DNA of 64,000 nt from Candidatus Heimdallarchaeota archaeon. GTDB lineage: Archaea; Asgardarchaeota; Heimdallarchaeia; JABLTI01. Each line of letters begins with the position of its first letter. Within the stretch, counting starts at the first letter, position 1. The position numbers and the translations under genes were made by a program. The stretch covers positions 64,001 through 128,000 of the forward strand of contig JABCTZ010000026.1 in the NCBI GenBank assembly GCA_018238155.1, given 5' to 3'. Below are positions 31,150 through 41,015 of the stretch, piece after piece. A model generated the notes under the pieces. That model was given only the letters and a program-made list of their open reading frames with translations. It was not told the origin of the DNA and made no database searches.

Positions 31150-31185
31150 TTAGTTTCTAATAGATATATAGCTATTAGTTTCTAA
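31150..31185. promoter_or_regulatory. Two copies of the near-palindrome TTAGTTTCTAA flanking a TATA-like core in a divergent promoter
   Basis: Exact 11-mers at 31150-31160 and 31175-31185 around tagatatatagcta. Confidence 0.45.
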
Positions 31186-31246
31186 AGTTAAACTGCTGTT
31201 CTATAAAAGCTCAACAATACCTTTTTGTAAAGAACGATAATAATTA

Positions 31247-31684
31247 ATGCTTGTAATGTCCGATAAAATGCTTGATCTAATATGGTCATTAGATATCGAA
31301 AAAATGAATGACCATTTACCAACGGAAAGAAAAACACTTGCTGAACTTCTTTTAGAAGAAAGACCGCAAGTCAAAGCGAAAAAAGACCAAACACTTTTTA
31401 TAAAGAAAAAAGATCTCGAAACTATATGTGAGTTATTTCCAGAAGAAGAATGGAAGAACGTCAATTTACCAATTGTTCTTCTTCGTAGAACAGCAATGGA
31501 GAAAGGACTTTTTTCTGTTTCAGGTGGCATTAGAGAACTATATATTGTTCACCGCATTTCTGGTAGAACTTCTGATAGATTCTCTAAATTTAGTTTAGAG
31601 GACCACCAACCCTATGTTTGGAAACCTGAGGTTTTTACCGCTAAAAGAAAAGCTGGATCTATTATTATAATGGGATTTACATAA
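31247..31684 (+). CDS. DUF61 (UPF0216) archaeal protein
   Basis: MNDHLPTERKTLAELLLEERP...LPIVL signature. Confidence 0.8.
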   Translation: MLVMSDKMLDLIWSLDIEKMNDHLPTERKTLAELLLEERPQVKAKKDQTLFIKKKDLETICELFPEEEWKNVNLPIVLLRRTAMEKGLFSVSGGIRELYIVHRISGRTSDRFSKFSLEDHQPYVWKPEVFTAKRKAGSIIIMGFT

Positions 31685-31729
31685 AGCAACAAGTATAAAA
31701 TCTGTATTAGAGTAATTTGAGGAATAAAT

Positions 31730-33064
31730 ATGGATAATCTAAATCTTGACGAAACAATTGCCCTTCTGCAAGAACTCATTAGAAACAAATGTGTGAACCC
31801 TCCTGGGAATGAAATGGTAAATATAAAATCTATAGAGGAATTTCTAAACAAAAAAGGAATCTCTTGTAAGGTATTCCAATCAGCAAAAAATCGTGGTAAC
31901 TTAATTGCTAGAATTAAAGGTTCTGAGAATAGTCCATCAATGATGTTTGGTCCCTCACATGTCGATGTGGTTCCAATTGAAAAACCTAATGAATGGCATG
32001 TTCCTCCTTTTTCAGGAGAAATTAAGGATGGAAAGGTTTGGGGCAGAGGAGCATTTGATATGCTTTTTCTTGTAGCAGCTCAATGTCAAGCATTCGCTAT
32101 GCTTCATTCTGAAAAATTTAAACCAAAAGGAGATCTAATATTAGCAATTGTTGCAGATGAAGAAGCGGGAGGAACGTTTGGTTGTAAATGGATGATAGAT
32201 AATCATCCTGCAGAAATGAAGGTAAGCTATGCTGTTTCAGAGTTTGGTGGCTTTGAAATTTCAAAAAATAAGCTCATTATTCCCTATGGTGAAAAAGGAG
32301 GTATTGGATTACGATTAACTTTCAGAGGTGAAAGTGGCCATGCTTCTATCCCTTTTGGTAAAGATAATCCTATAGAGAAAGTGTCAGAAGCAGTAATTCG
32401 AATTAACAAGTACAAGATGCCTTACACAACCAAATACATAAAACCCTTAGTTGAAAATTCAGGAGCAAATTTCATACAACGAACATTAATCACAAGTAAG
32501 TTATTTCTCTCTCTTATTTTGAAAATTTTATGTAAGAATTCTAAAACAGAGGCAGCACTTCTACATAGCCTAAGCAGGACAACATTTGCAACAACGATTA
32601 TTAGAGGTGGTCAAAAGATCAATGTCTTACCCGGGACAAGTAGCATAGATATTGATTGTAGATTATTACCAGAACAAGATTATAATTATGCAATAAAACA
32701 CATAAAAAAAGCACTAGGTAAGAAATTAGCTGAAGAAGTTGAAATCACAATAATCGAAGATTCACTGGAAAACAGGGGTTCTGAAAGTCCATTAGATAAT
32801 GATTTTGTAGAAGCAATGAAACATACATTTCATAAACTAGTTCCAAATAGCACAATAGTTCCATTAATAGCATTTGGAGCTACGGATCTTAGATTTATTA
32901 GAAGAAATGGAGGAAACGGTTATGGATTTAGTCTAATTGATCCTAAAACTCCAAACAGTGAAATTACTGAAATGATACATAATAAAAACGAACGAGTCAG
33001 CATTAAAACAATTGAGCTAACAACAAGAGCGATGTATGAACTAGCAAAAGAATTTCTTGGATGA
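31730..33064 (+). CDS. M20/M25/M40 metallopeptidase or deacylase
   Basis: HVDVVP, WGRGAFDM, ADEE, GHAS, ATD, HNKNE. Confidence 0.92.
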   Translation: MDNLNLDETIALLQELIRNKCVNPPGNEMVNIKSIEEFLNKKGISCKVFQSAKNRGNLIARIKGSENSPSMMFGPSHVDVVPIEKPNEWHVPPFSGEIKDGKVWGRGAFDMLFLVAAQCQAFAMLHSEKFKPKGDLILAIVADEEAGGTFGCKWMIDNHPAEMKVSYAVSEFGGFEISKNKLIIPYGEKGGIGLRLTFRGESGHASIPFGKDNPIEKVSEAVIRINKYKMPYTTKYIKPLVENSGANFIQRTLITSKLFLSLILKILCKNSKTEAALLHSLSRTTFATTIIRGGQKINVLPGTSSIDIDCRLLPEQDYNYAIKHIKKALGKKLAEEVEITIIEDSLENRGSESPLDNDFVEAMKHTFHKLVPNSTIVPLIAFGATDLRFIRRNGGNGYGFSLIDPKTPNSEITEMIHNKNERVSIKTIELTTRAMYELAKEFLG

Positions 33065-33107
33065 ACTTTAATTTGAGAACACCTTTTGCCCTTTTATCGA
33101 CCATAAT

Positions 33108-33992
33108 CTAAAATTCTTTTTGAATATTTAAATCTTCATTACTAGTATTTTCAAGAATTATATCAACTTCTCTAAAGTTCTTTCTGTACTTATTTGCAAG
33201 TATACCATCAATGATAAAGAAAAGGTTCAACACTGAAAGAACACCTAATTGTATAATTAGATATAGATATGGTTTTGAGGAGAAAATAGATCCTTGAAGT
33301 ATAGTAGCATTGGTAAAGACCTCAGGATACAGTAATTCGAAATAAATACTATCTAGAAAAATCGGAAATGTCGCCCAAATTAATACAAAAACAAAAGGCA
33401 TAAAAAATAATACATTCGTTTCTATTTTCAAAGCTGTTTTCCTTTTATCAAATCCAATAACTGTCATACAACGTGAATATTGCCAATAAATACCTGCTAG
33501 AGGAGCTATTAACTGCATTAGCATAATAGGTGCAAGGATTATCCCATCAATAAGATTGGGAGTATAAGTCAATAATGAGTTTCCTGATTGGATATTAATG
33601 AACTCCAATTCTAGTGAATAAGGTATTTTAAGCAAATATAAAATACCCAGAACGGCTGTTAATAGAATAAACAAGATGCCTCCTTCCAATAAACTAAGGA
33701 TTATCTTCTCTTTGAGAGATTTTTTTCTATAAGAGTGATCATTCCAGTTTTTGTAATCCTCTTCATCAGCGACAATAAAATATACTAAAGCCATGCATAT
33801 AGTATAAAAGAAGATTATCTTCATGACATCAAGAAAGTAATAATAAATATTGAATCCCCCACCTATCATCGAATAATAGAACGCAATAATTAAAGAAATG
33901 ACAGATAATCCTATTCTCGCAATCCAAAATCGGGATTTCAAGTATTTATTTTTCTGAATAAGGAACCTAGTTTTATTATTTTTAATAGTCAT
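33108..33992 (-). CDS. Hypothetical polytopic membrane protein (about 6 TM)
   Basis: 294-aa ORF, AAGGTA SD, own TATA-like element near 34022-34030. Confidence 0.7.
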   Translation of the reverse strand: MTIKNNKTRFLIQKNKYLKSRFWIARIGLSVISLIIAFYYSMIGGGFNIYYYFLDVMKIIFFYTICMALVYFIVADEEDYKNWNDHSYRKKSLKEKIILSLLEGGILFILLTAVLGILYLLKIPYSLELEFINIQSGNSLLTYTPNLIDGIILAPIMLMQLIAPLAGIYWQYSRCMTVIGFDKRKTALKIETNVLFFMPFVFVLIWATFPIFLDSIYFELLYPEVFTNATILQGSIFSSKPYLYLIIQLGVLSVLNLFFIIDGILANKYRKNFREVDIILENTSNEDLNIQKEF

Positions 33993-34051
33993 TGAATTTA
34001 CCTTCTTAATTTTTGATTTTTGTTTATAAGATATTTTTTCTTCTTTTTTTT

Positions 34052-34077
34052 AAAAAAAAGGTGGGTATTAGCCCACC
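34052..34077 (-). terminator. GC hairpin plus U8 intrinsic terminator over the stop of the 34068 gene
   Basis: Minus strand reads GGTGGG-ctaata-CCCACC-TTTTTTTT. Confidence 0.7.
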
Positions 34078-35168
34078 GCATAATCAACATCTAAACAATC
34101 AGTTGTAAATGATACTACATATGCAGTAACCATTACTACTGTAGCAGCAATTCTTAAGATACTACCTGCTCCAGCACCAATTATATCTAAAATTATCTGC
34201 AATACTAAAATAATTCCAGATGCTGCTGCTAATAAACCAAAAGCAGCCTTTTCCCAAGTTGGTGCAGTTGTGAAAGCTGCATATGTTAGTTTCACACAAA
34301 GGAATAAGGTACCTACAAAATTCACTAAGAATTGATTGAAAGTTATTACACCATCTAGGTAAGTAAGAATATTCACTAAGAAAGAAAATAAACCAGCTGT
34401 GAATAATGAGATTGCCGCTGTTTTAAAGAAACTGAATGAATAAACTGATAAAGCTATACCTGCAATAATTTGTATCACTAAGACAATTAAATATAGAATA
34501 TAAAAAGCTAATTCAATTCCACTCATTTTAGCAAATATGTAATTTTGTGAACCTTCGAGTGCACCATAAGAAGATGGCAAATTAATATTACTTGCAATAC
34601 CTCCTCCCAATCCATCATCTAAATCATGGAGTGGTTGAAAAGTAGCTTTTCCGGTCTGTAAACTTTCCCATTGCCCTACTGCTTGCAGTAATAGATCATT
34701 ATTTCCTGTCAATAACCATGAAGTTACCAATCCACCTATTGTTGCATCTATCTCATCAACAAAAGTTACAGCTTCTTTTTGAGTTAGTAATCCATCTTTT
34801 ACCATTTCGTTTGAATAGCAAGATAGAACTATGTCCATTGTGGGAGAATATTTAACTTCTTGAGCAAGTTCTCCCCAAGAGAGCTTTTCCTTTTTGATCA
34901 TTATCCCCTCTTGATCGCCATGTCCCACCTATACTAAAGGTTCCATAATCCTATGTAAAAGCAAATGATATTTCAAGGAACCATAAGATATGGTACTAAT
35001 ATCAGGAACTTCTTCCTGTATAGTATCAATCGCATGATTAATGGTTTGATCATTACCCATTTGAATAATATACCTACCAGGTACATTGGTTGATAATGCT
35101 TGTACCAAAGGTATACCTACAACAATTACGCATATCATTAAAAAAGAAATTTGTCTCATCTCTAACAT
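34068..35168 (-). pseudogene. Secreted protein with a caspase/CPD-like (clan CD) HG...C motif and hydrophobic C-terminal domain, interrupted by one in-frame TAG
   Basis: Track ORFs 34929-35168 and 34068-34928 are in frame and abut (PLV-TAG-VGHG); signal peptide; VGHG...IVLSCYS; GLGGG linker; 4-5 TM tail. Confidence 0.7.
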
Positions 35169-35280
35169 CTTATCTCCATTCTTAATGGAATTCTATTAAA
35201 GAATTCAATATATAGTAATAAAACATCATTTATAAATATACGTAATTTTTACGCAATAAATGATTAGCAAAGGAGTTTTA

Positions 35281-37695
35281 TTATATTGATAATAATTCAA
35301 TCTTATGACTAGATTTTTCTAGTCTAGATTTTGTAAGAAGAAGAAATGAATTGTATAGTGCTTTGATTTCCACTTCAGAAAAACCTAACCAATCAAATAT
35401 CACTTTATCAAAAGCTAATCTATCATTCATCTTAACCTCTTCGAAAATTGAGCGTATCTCTCTCTCTTTTAGATATTGAAATCTTAAAATTATTTCTTGC
35501 TTGACTTTTTCAGGGAAAATTTTGGGATTGATAATTCTGTGATTAGCCATATCACTAATAGCGTATTGTAATGCACCTTTACCTAATGAAGTTCGACCAA
35601 ATATCTCGAGAAGATAGTAACTTAGTGTTGAATTTGCTAATGCTATAACAAGTTCTTTGTATTTTTGAAATGAGTTGTTTAATATTAACCCATAGAAAGT
35701 TTGATCCTCAATTAATGGCATTTCAGAATAACAGAAGAAAAATCTCTTATCAAAAAACCTTGTGCAGAAAATTTCTGCTGGTGGTATAAGCTGAATTGAA
35801 TACCATCCAGGTTTATTCCTCCGAACAGATGGAACATTAGACCATTTCATACCAACTAATGATTGCTGTTTTTTCTCTGTTAATTGCTCTTCCCCCCAAC
35901 TAATATATTTTAAAGCTCCAAATTTCTTTTGTTGTGTTAATTCTTGCTTGGTAGAAGAACAATTAAAGATGAAGTAGTGAAAATCTGATTTTTTTATTTG
36001 GATCTTTGAAATCATCTTAGGGCTCTTTAATACCGGGATGAGAAATTCACTCTCAAGATTAAATTTCTCTATAGTATTCTGATCTACAAAAAAGAATTCA
36101 TTTATTCCAGTTTTAATTGGATACCGAACTTTGCCTATTTCTTTCAACGAAATGAATTTATCAGCAATTCTTTTGAAAATGCGATTGTAATTATCAGGTG
36201 CTCTAAAGAACATCGCTCCCCATTTCAACCCAATATATTCTGCTTCTTCTGTTCCATTTTCGAGAAGCTCTTTTTGAGTCATTGAAATCATTCGAAATTC
36301 TTCTGTAGTGAAACTAGATGAATGTCCATGAATTTTTTTTAGATTAAGATAGGTAAATGCTTTGTTATTTAGAAGTTTGAAAGCAATAAATTTTGCAATT
36401 AGATGAGAATTCTGTGATGGCTTTTTGTGAGAAATCAAAGTTATTATCGTATTAATTGCTGCAGAAAATGATTTTTGAGATAAATTGGTGTAAATTGTAT
36501 TTAAAATATAATTATTCAGCAGATATTCTTGAAACTTAAAACCAAACTTAGCATCTAACCAGGAATTTGAGGTAATGAAACAAACAACACCATTTTCCTT
36601 CAAAAGATTTAGTGCTTTATAATAAAAGTAGATGTAGAAATCACTCTTGAGGTATCTGTGATGAAACTCTTTGCCTTTAGTGAGATTTGCTATTTCAGCA
36701 AGAACTTTCTCTTTGTAACTGACTTGATTCTTTATGTTCTCTATATCACCAGAGGTTTTTGGACCAAAGGTTTCTTGTCGTAAAAATGGAGGGTTGCCGA
36801 TGATAATGTCAAACTTTTCATGGTTGCCTTCTTTACAGTTTTCAAATGCAACAGTGTCAATTAGTAAATCTTTACAAGCAAGATTACAGTTAAGTGATTG
36901 TTTTACATCGCTTTCAATTTGTTTTCCAGCGATCAGATAAAATAAGCGTTTTTTACTAATAGCAAGAGCATCTTGATTTATATCTACTCCAAAAAGATTT
37001 CGAGATATTATTGCTGATAAAATTTGATACTCAGATTTTGTTTCACTTATATGGGAATGGATTTTATTCAATAATGAATGTAGTAAAGAAGCCATTGCTA
37101 AAAGAAATTCCCCACAACCACTTGCGGGATCCAAAATAGTTACTTCTTGAAGTAATTGTGATATTTCAGAAAGTGCTTCTAAACTCATTGAAGAGAAATC
37201 GGGGTCTTCTTGCCAAATAATATCTATTACTTTTTTATTTGTAATTGATCTCTTATTTAGAATATATTGCACCAAAGCTTCTTTGCACATAAACTCAACA
37301 TCAAATTTTGATGTATAGTAAGTGCCTTCTTTTTGTTTTGATATCTCTCCAAGAGAAGTTTCAAATATATCTGCGATTATTCTGGGAGTTATATCAGGAG
37401 CATGAGTATTTTCATCGAAATTATATTGAAATTGACTTAGTAACTGTTCTGTCAGCATATCTTCAAATTCATCATTTTTTACAGAAGAAACAGGTTTATC
37501 ATGAGAACTAATTTGGTTGTCAAAAATTGACATTAATTTATCTCTTACAATAAAAAAGATTCTTTCTTTAGTATCAGAAATAGACAACTCATTATTTCGA
37601 TTACTAAATTCCTTCATTATTCGCTGATACTTTTTAAGGAACTCCTTTTCCATTTCAAGAGTTTGAGTATCAATCATCATACTTCTCTCGAGCAA
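35281..37695 (-). CDS. Amino (N6-adenine) DNA methyltransferase, gamma class, Eco57I-like MTase plus TRD; orphan
   Basis: GTYYT, motif I LDPASGCGEF, FGVDI, motif IV GNPPF, FITSNSWLD, C-terminal LANS TRD. Confidence 0.85.
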   Translation of the reverse strand: MLERSMMIDTQTLEMEKEFLKKYQRIMKEFSNRNNELSISDTKERIFFIVRDKLMSIFDNQISSHDKPVSSVKNDEFEDMLTEQLLSQFQYNFDENTHAPDITPRIIADIFETSLGEISKQKEGTYYTSKFDVEFMCKEALVQYILNKRSITNKKVIDIIWQEDPDFSSMSLEALSEISQLLQEVTILDPASGCGEFLLAMASLLHSLLNKIHSHISETKSEYQILSAIISRNLFGVDINQDALAISKKRLFYLIAGKQIESDVKQSLNCNLACKDLLIDTVAFENCKEGNHEKFDIIIGNPPFLRQETFGPKTSGDIENIKNQVSYKEKVLAEIANLTKGKEFHHRYLKSDFYIYFYYKALNLLKENGVVCFITSNSWLDAKFGFKFQEYLLNNYILNTIYTNLSQKSFSAAINTIITLISHKKPSQNSHLIAKFIAFKLLNNKAFTYLNLKKIHGHSSSFTTEEFRMISMTQKELLENGTEEAEYIGLKWGAMFFRAPDNYNRIFKRIADKFISLKEIGKVRYPIKTGINEFFFVDQNTIEKFNLESEFLIPVLKSPKMISKIQIKKSDFHYFIFNCSSTKQELTQQKKFGALKYISWGEEQLTEKKQQSLVGMKWSNVPSVRRNKPGWYSIQLIPPAEIFCTRFFDKRFFFCYSEMPLIEDQTFYGLILNNSFQKYKELVIALANSTLSYYLLEIFGRTSLGKGALQYAISDMANHRIINPKIFPEKVKQEIILRFQYLKEREIRSIFEEVKMNDRLAFDKVIFDWLGFSEVEIKALYNSFLLLTKSRLEKSSHKIELLSI

Positions 37696-37838
37696 ATAGT
37701 ATCCTATCGATTAATAAATTGTTTTGATTTAACTTTAATTTGAATAATTTTAATATTAAAATTAGAAAAAGCTTTTGGAACTAAAACGATACAAAAAATT
37801 CATTAAATTCATCAACAAAAGAAGATTGAGATGATTTT

Positions 37839-39020
37839 ATGATTGAATTCGAGTTTCTTTCACTACCACAAATCTATTTTGGTAGAAAACAGATCAACAA
37901 ATTAAGTTCTATCACAAAAGAATATGGTCAAAATGCAATAATTGTTGCTAGCGAAAGCCTATGGAAAAATAATGAAATAAAGTCCATCATCGAAGATGAA
38001 CTCACTACAAAAGATATTTCCATAAATGTTTTTCACTCTAGAGGTGAACCAACAGTAACAAGCGTTGATCATGGAGTTGAAAGAGCTCAAGAAGTGAAAG
38101 CGGAAATCATTATAGCAATTGGAGGGGGGAGCACAATTGATTTAGGAAAAGCAATTGCTGGATTGGTAACGAATACAGGTTCAGCAAAAAATTATTTGGA
38201 AATCATTGGTAAAGGAAAAAAAATCATTGAACAACCACTTCCCCTAATAGCAATACCAACTACTGCAGGCACAGGAACAGAAGTTACTGAGAATGCTGTT
38301 ATACTATCTCGAGAGGATAAACTAAAAGCAAGTATCAGAAATCCGTTATTGATTCCAAAAGTAGCCATTATTGATCCAGAATTAATGGTATCTCTTCCAA
38401 AGGAAATTACTGCTAGCTGTGGATTAGATGCTCTAACCCAATTAATTGAAGCATTTACTTCAAATAAATCCCAACCAATTACAGATTCATTAGCAATATT
38501 AGGCATACAAAAAGCAACTGAATCATTAATTCGAACATTTGATGAAGGAAACGATCTTGATGCACGAGAGGATATGGCTTTTGCGTCCTTACTGAGTGGT
38601 ATATGTTTAGCAAATGCAGGTCTTGGTGCTTTACACGGGTTAGCCGGATCAATTGGAGGTATGTTCAATATCCCACATGGTATTATCTGCGGCGCGCTTC
38701 TCTCTTCAACAATTGAACAAAACATTATCAAATTATTATCTCAAGTTCCTTATTCCCACAAACTCTCAAAGTACGTTAGACTAGGTGAAATTGTAAGTGA
38801 ACATCCCTTTGAAACAATGCGTGAAGCGGTAACAAATATCATTGGTTATACAAGAAACATTACCAAAATACTTGAAATACCAAAACTAGCTAAATTTGGT
38901 TTTAAGCAGAGCGAATTCAAGGCAATTATTACTCAAGCGAAAAAAAGTTCAAGTATGGGATATAATCCTGTTGAATTATCAGATGAACAGCTAACAGAGA
39001 TACTATTGCAAGCATTATGA
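37839..39020 (+). CDS. Iron-containing alcohol dehydrogenase
   Basis: GEPT, GGGSTIDLGK, PTTAGTGTEVT, DALTQ, GLGALHG, PHG. Confidence 0.93.
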   Translation: MIEFEFLSLPQIYFGRKQINKLSSITKEYGQNAIIVASESLWKNNEIKSIIEDELTTKDISINVFHSRGEPTVTSVDHGVERAQEVKAEIIIAIGGGSTIDLGKAIAGLVTNTGSAKNYLEIIGKGKKIIEQPLPLIAIPTTAGTGTEVTENAVILSREDKLKASIRNPLLIPKVAIIDPELMVSLPKEITASCGLDALTQLIEAFTSNKSQPITDSLAILGIQKATESLIRTFDEGNDLDAREDMAFASLLSGICLANAGLGALHGLAGSIGGMFNIPHGIICGALLSSTIEQNIIKLLSQVPYSHKLSKYVRLGEIVSEHPFETMREAVTNIIGYTRNITKILEIPKLAKFGFKQSEFKAIITQAKKSSSMGYNPVELSDEQLTEILLQAL

Positions 39021-39172
39021 ATTTATGATTTTGTCTTAGTACAATTTTGAATGCAAATCAGACAATTCTTGTGGACTCTAACCCAATCAAGTAGATGTTC
39101 TTTTGTATAAGCGATTAACATGCAGGATAGTATGGGCTTTCATCTTTTTTTAAAGGATAATTGACAAATCAA
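38788..39172 (+). repeat. Left copy of a diverged direct repeat (intact ADH 3' end plus decayed RING 3' end)
   Basis: Aligns by eye with 39909-40297. Confidence 0.85.
39023..39172 (-). pseudogene. Decayed copy of the RING-domain 3' end
   Basis: ICQLSFKKDE...PAC*S...HLLDWVRVHKNCLIC across frameshifts, versus VCKLVFKRKDE...PVCES...HLLDWIRVHSNCPVC in the 40145 gene. Confidence 0.75.
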
Positions 39173-39197
39173 TAAACCAGTCCAGCTACTAATGTAC

Positions 39198-39731
39198 TTA
39201 GGCGTTTAGTATGAATTGATATTGGAATCGAATATGTGCACCATATTTTCCAAACCAAACATTGCAAGTCCAATAGTTCGTGTCGTAACTGTTATCTGTT
39301 CCTCCCAAATAGAAACTGTGAGTTTCACTTCCCCACCCTTTCTTGAGCTTGAATGAAACGTAGTATTCAAATCCACTTTCAGTTAATTCCACCGTGTAAC
39401 ACCAGTCAGTGTTTAAATCTGTGTTGTAATAGATTCCTGCGCTTGAATTACCACCTTCGATTGTTTCGGGATAAGTATACCATTTCTGAGCGGTACTTTT
39501 GTAATTGTTATCAGAGAATTGAAAAACACCCCGGTTTGATCCGAGTATCCTTTTCGATTTCACACCAACTTGAAGAGTATAATCTCCATCTGATAAATCA
39601 GTTACGACATTGACAGAAGTTATTCGAATCATTGCTGAGTTCATTGTAACATTATTGTTAGAGTGTGTTTTTAGAGTTAGTAATCCTATACCTAATATCA
39701 TGGTTAAGAAAACGGAAAATATAAAAATCAT
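39198..39731 (-). CDS. Orphan secreted or membrane-anchored beta-rich protein
   Basis: Hydrophobic signal MIFIFSVFLTMILGIGLL, then an Asn/Thr/Tyr/Trp-rich domain; start may be ATA 39749 (after GAAGTGAG) rather than the track's 39884. Confidence 0.65.
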   Translation of the reverse strand: MIFIFSVFLTMILGIGLLTLKTHSNNNVTMNSAMIRITSVNVVTDLSDGDYTLQVGVKSKRILGSNRGVFQFSDNNYKSTAQKWYTYPETIEGGNSSAGIYYNTDLNTDWCYTVELTESGFEYYVSFKLKKGWGSETHSFYLGGTDNSYDTNYWTCNVWFGKYGAHIRFQYQFILNA

Positions 39732-39908
39732 CTCTATTTGTCTTTTTATTCTCACTTCTTTATCCCCTTCAAGAACTTTCAACTCACAAGGTAATATGAT
39801 TCGATATAGAATATAATATTTTTGATAATTTGTCGCTTCATGTTCTGAAACATAAAATGGATATTTGTCTAACGGATAAGTCAATGTTGACCATCATTAT
39901 ACTTAATA

Positions 39909-40297
39909 AAACTGTTAGTGAACAATGCCTTTGAAACAATACGAGAAGCAGTAACGAACATCATCGGTTATACAAGAAACATAACAAAAATACTTGAAAT
40001 ACCAAAACTATCAGCATTTGGTATTAAACAAAGTGATTTCGAATTGATCATTGCCAAAGCAAAGAAATCATCAAGTTTGAGGTATAATCCAGTTGAATTA
40101 TCAGATGAACAGCTAACAAAGATATTATTGCAAGCATTATAAATTTATGATTTAATTTCATACAATTGCTGATTACAAACCGGACAATTGCTATGAACTC
40201 GTATCCAATCAAGCAAATGCTCTTTGTGATAAAATGATTCACAAACGGGACATTGTAAGATTTCATCTTTTCTTTTGAAGACTAACTTACAAACCAT
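39909..40297 (+). repeat. Right copy of the diverged direct repeat (headless ADH 3' fragment plus intact RING 3' end)
   Basis: Track ORF 39918-40142 is a near-copy of the last ~70 aa of the ADH. Confidence 0.85.
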
Positions 40298-40696
40298 GCA
40301 AAAATCATCTTTTGTGTATGAAATAGATTCTACTGCAAAGACAATTTCATTTGGAGTTATTTCTTTCTGTTTTCCTAAAGCAAGATTTAATGCTTCCTGT
40401 ACTCTTTCCTTGTAACGTTCTTGATTTTTTATGCGCTCCTCGGGAGAGGAAGCGGGTGGATTAAAAGGTCGAATAGGTCCTGGTTTTGCTAGACTTAGAT
40501 ATGCAAATAAACTGATCAAAAGAAATAAAGCTCCAACACCAGAAAATCCAAAGGTGAAACCCATAAGAACATAATCAATATCTTCCGGGTTAATCTCAAT
40601 TGTTCCTACAGGTTGGATGAAATAGAGCATCATTCCAAATGCAAATGATATTGCACCAATAGTTGTTAATAAACGAAAAACTTGTTGAGGTCTCAT
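40145..40696 (-). CDS. Membrane-anchored RING-finger protein (putative E3 ligase-like)
   Basis: Two N-terminal TM helices, Pro-rich linker, C-x2-C-x11-C-x2-C-x4-H-x2-H-x2-(D)W-x6-CPVC. Confidence 0.8.
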   Translation of the reverse strand: MRPQQVFRLLTTIGAISFAFGMMLYFIQPVGTIEINPEDIDYVLMGFTFGFSGVGALFLLISLFAYLSLAKPGPIRPFNPPASSPEERIKNQERYKERVQEALNLALGKQKEITPNEIVFAVESISYTKDDFCMVCKLVFKRKDEILQCPVCESFYHKEHLLDWIRVHSNCPVCNQQLYEIKS

Positions 40697-41015
40697 TTCA
40701 ATCTCTTAAGTTAAAGCTCAATTGATATTTAGTTATCCTCATTTTTAAACGTTTAAGTATTCAAAGCATCGGTTATTGTAAAGATTCATATTTGTCAGAG
40801 ATCGTAAATGAGTTTCTAGACCTCATCGATTTAGAATTACCAAAATGAATTATAAAAACAACTATGCCACTATAGAGAAGAAAACAAATAAGAAAGGATT
40901 AGGATTGAAAAAAAATAGTAAAGACGCAGGTGTGTCTTTCAATAATTCTTAACGAGTAGCATATCACATCTAATCCAAAGTCTGAACTGATAATACTTGA
41001 AAATGATATAGCAAT

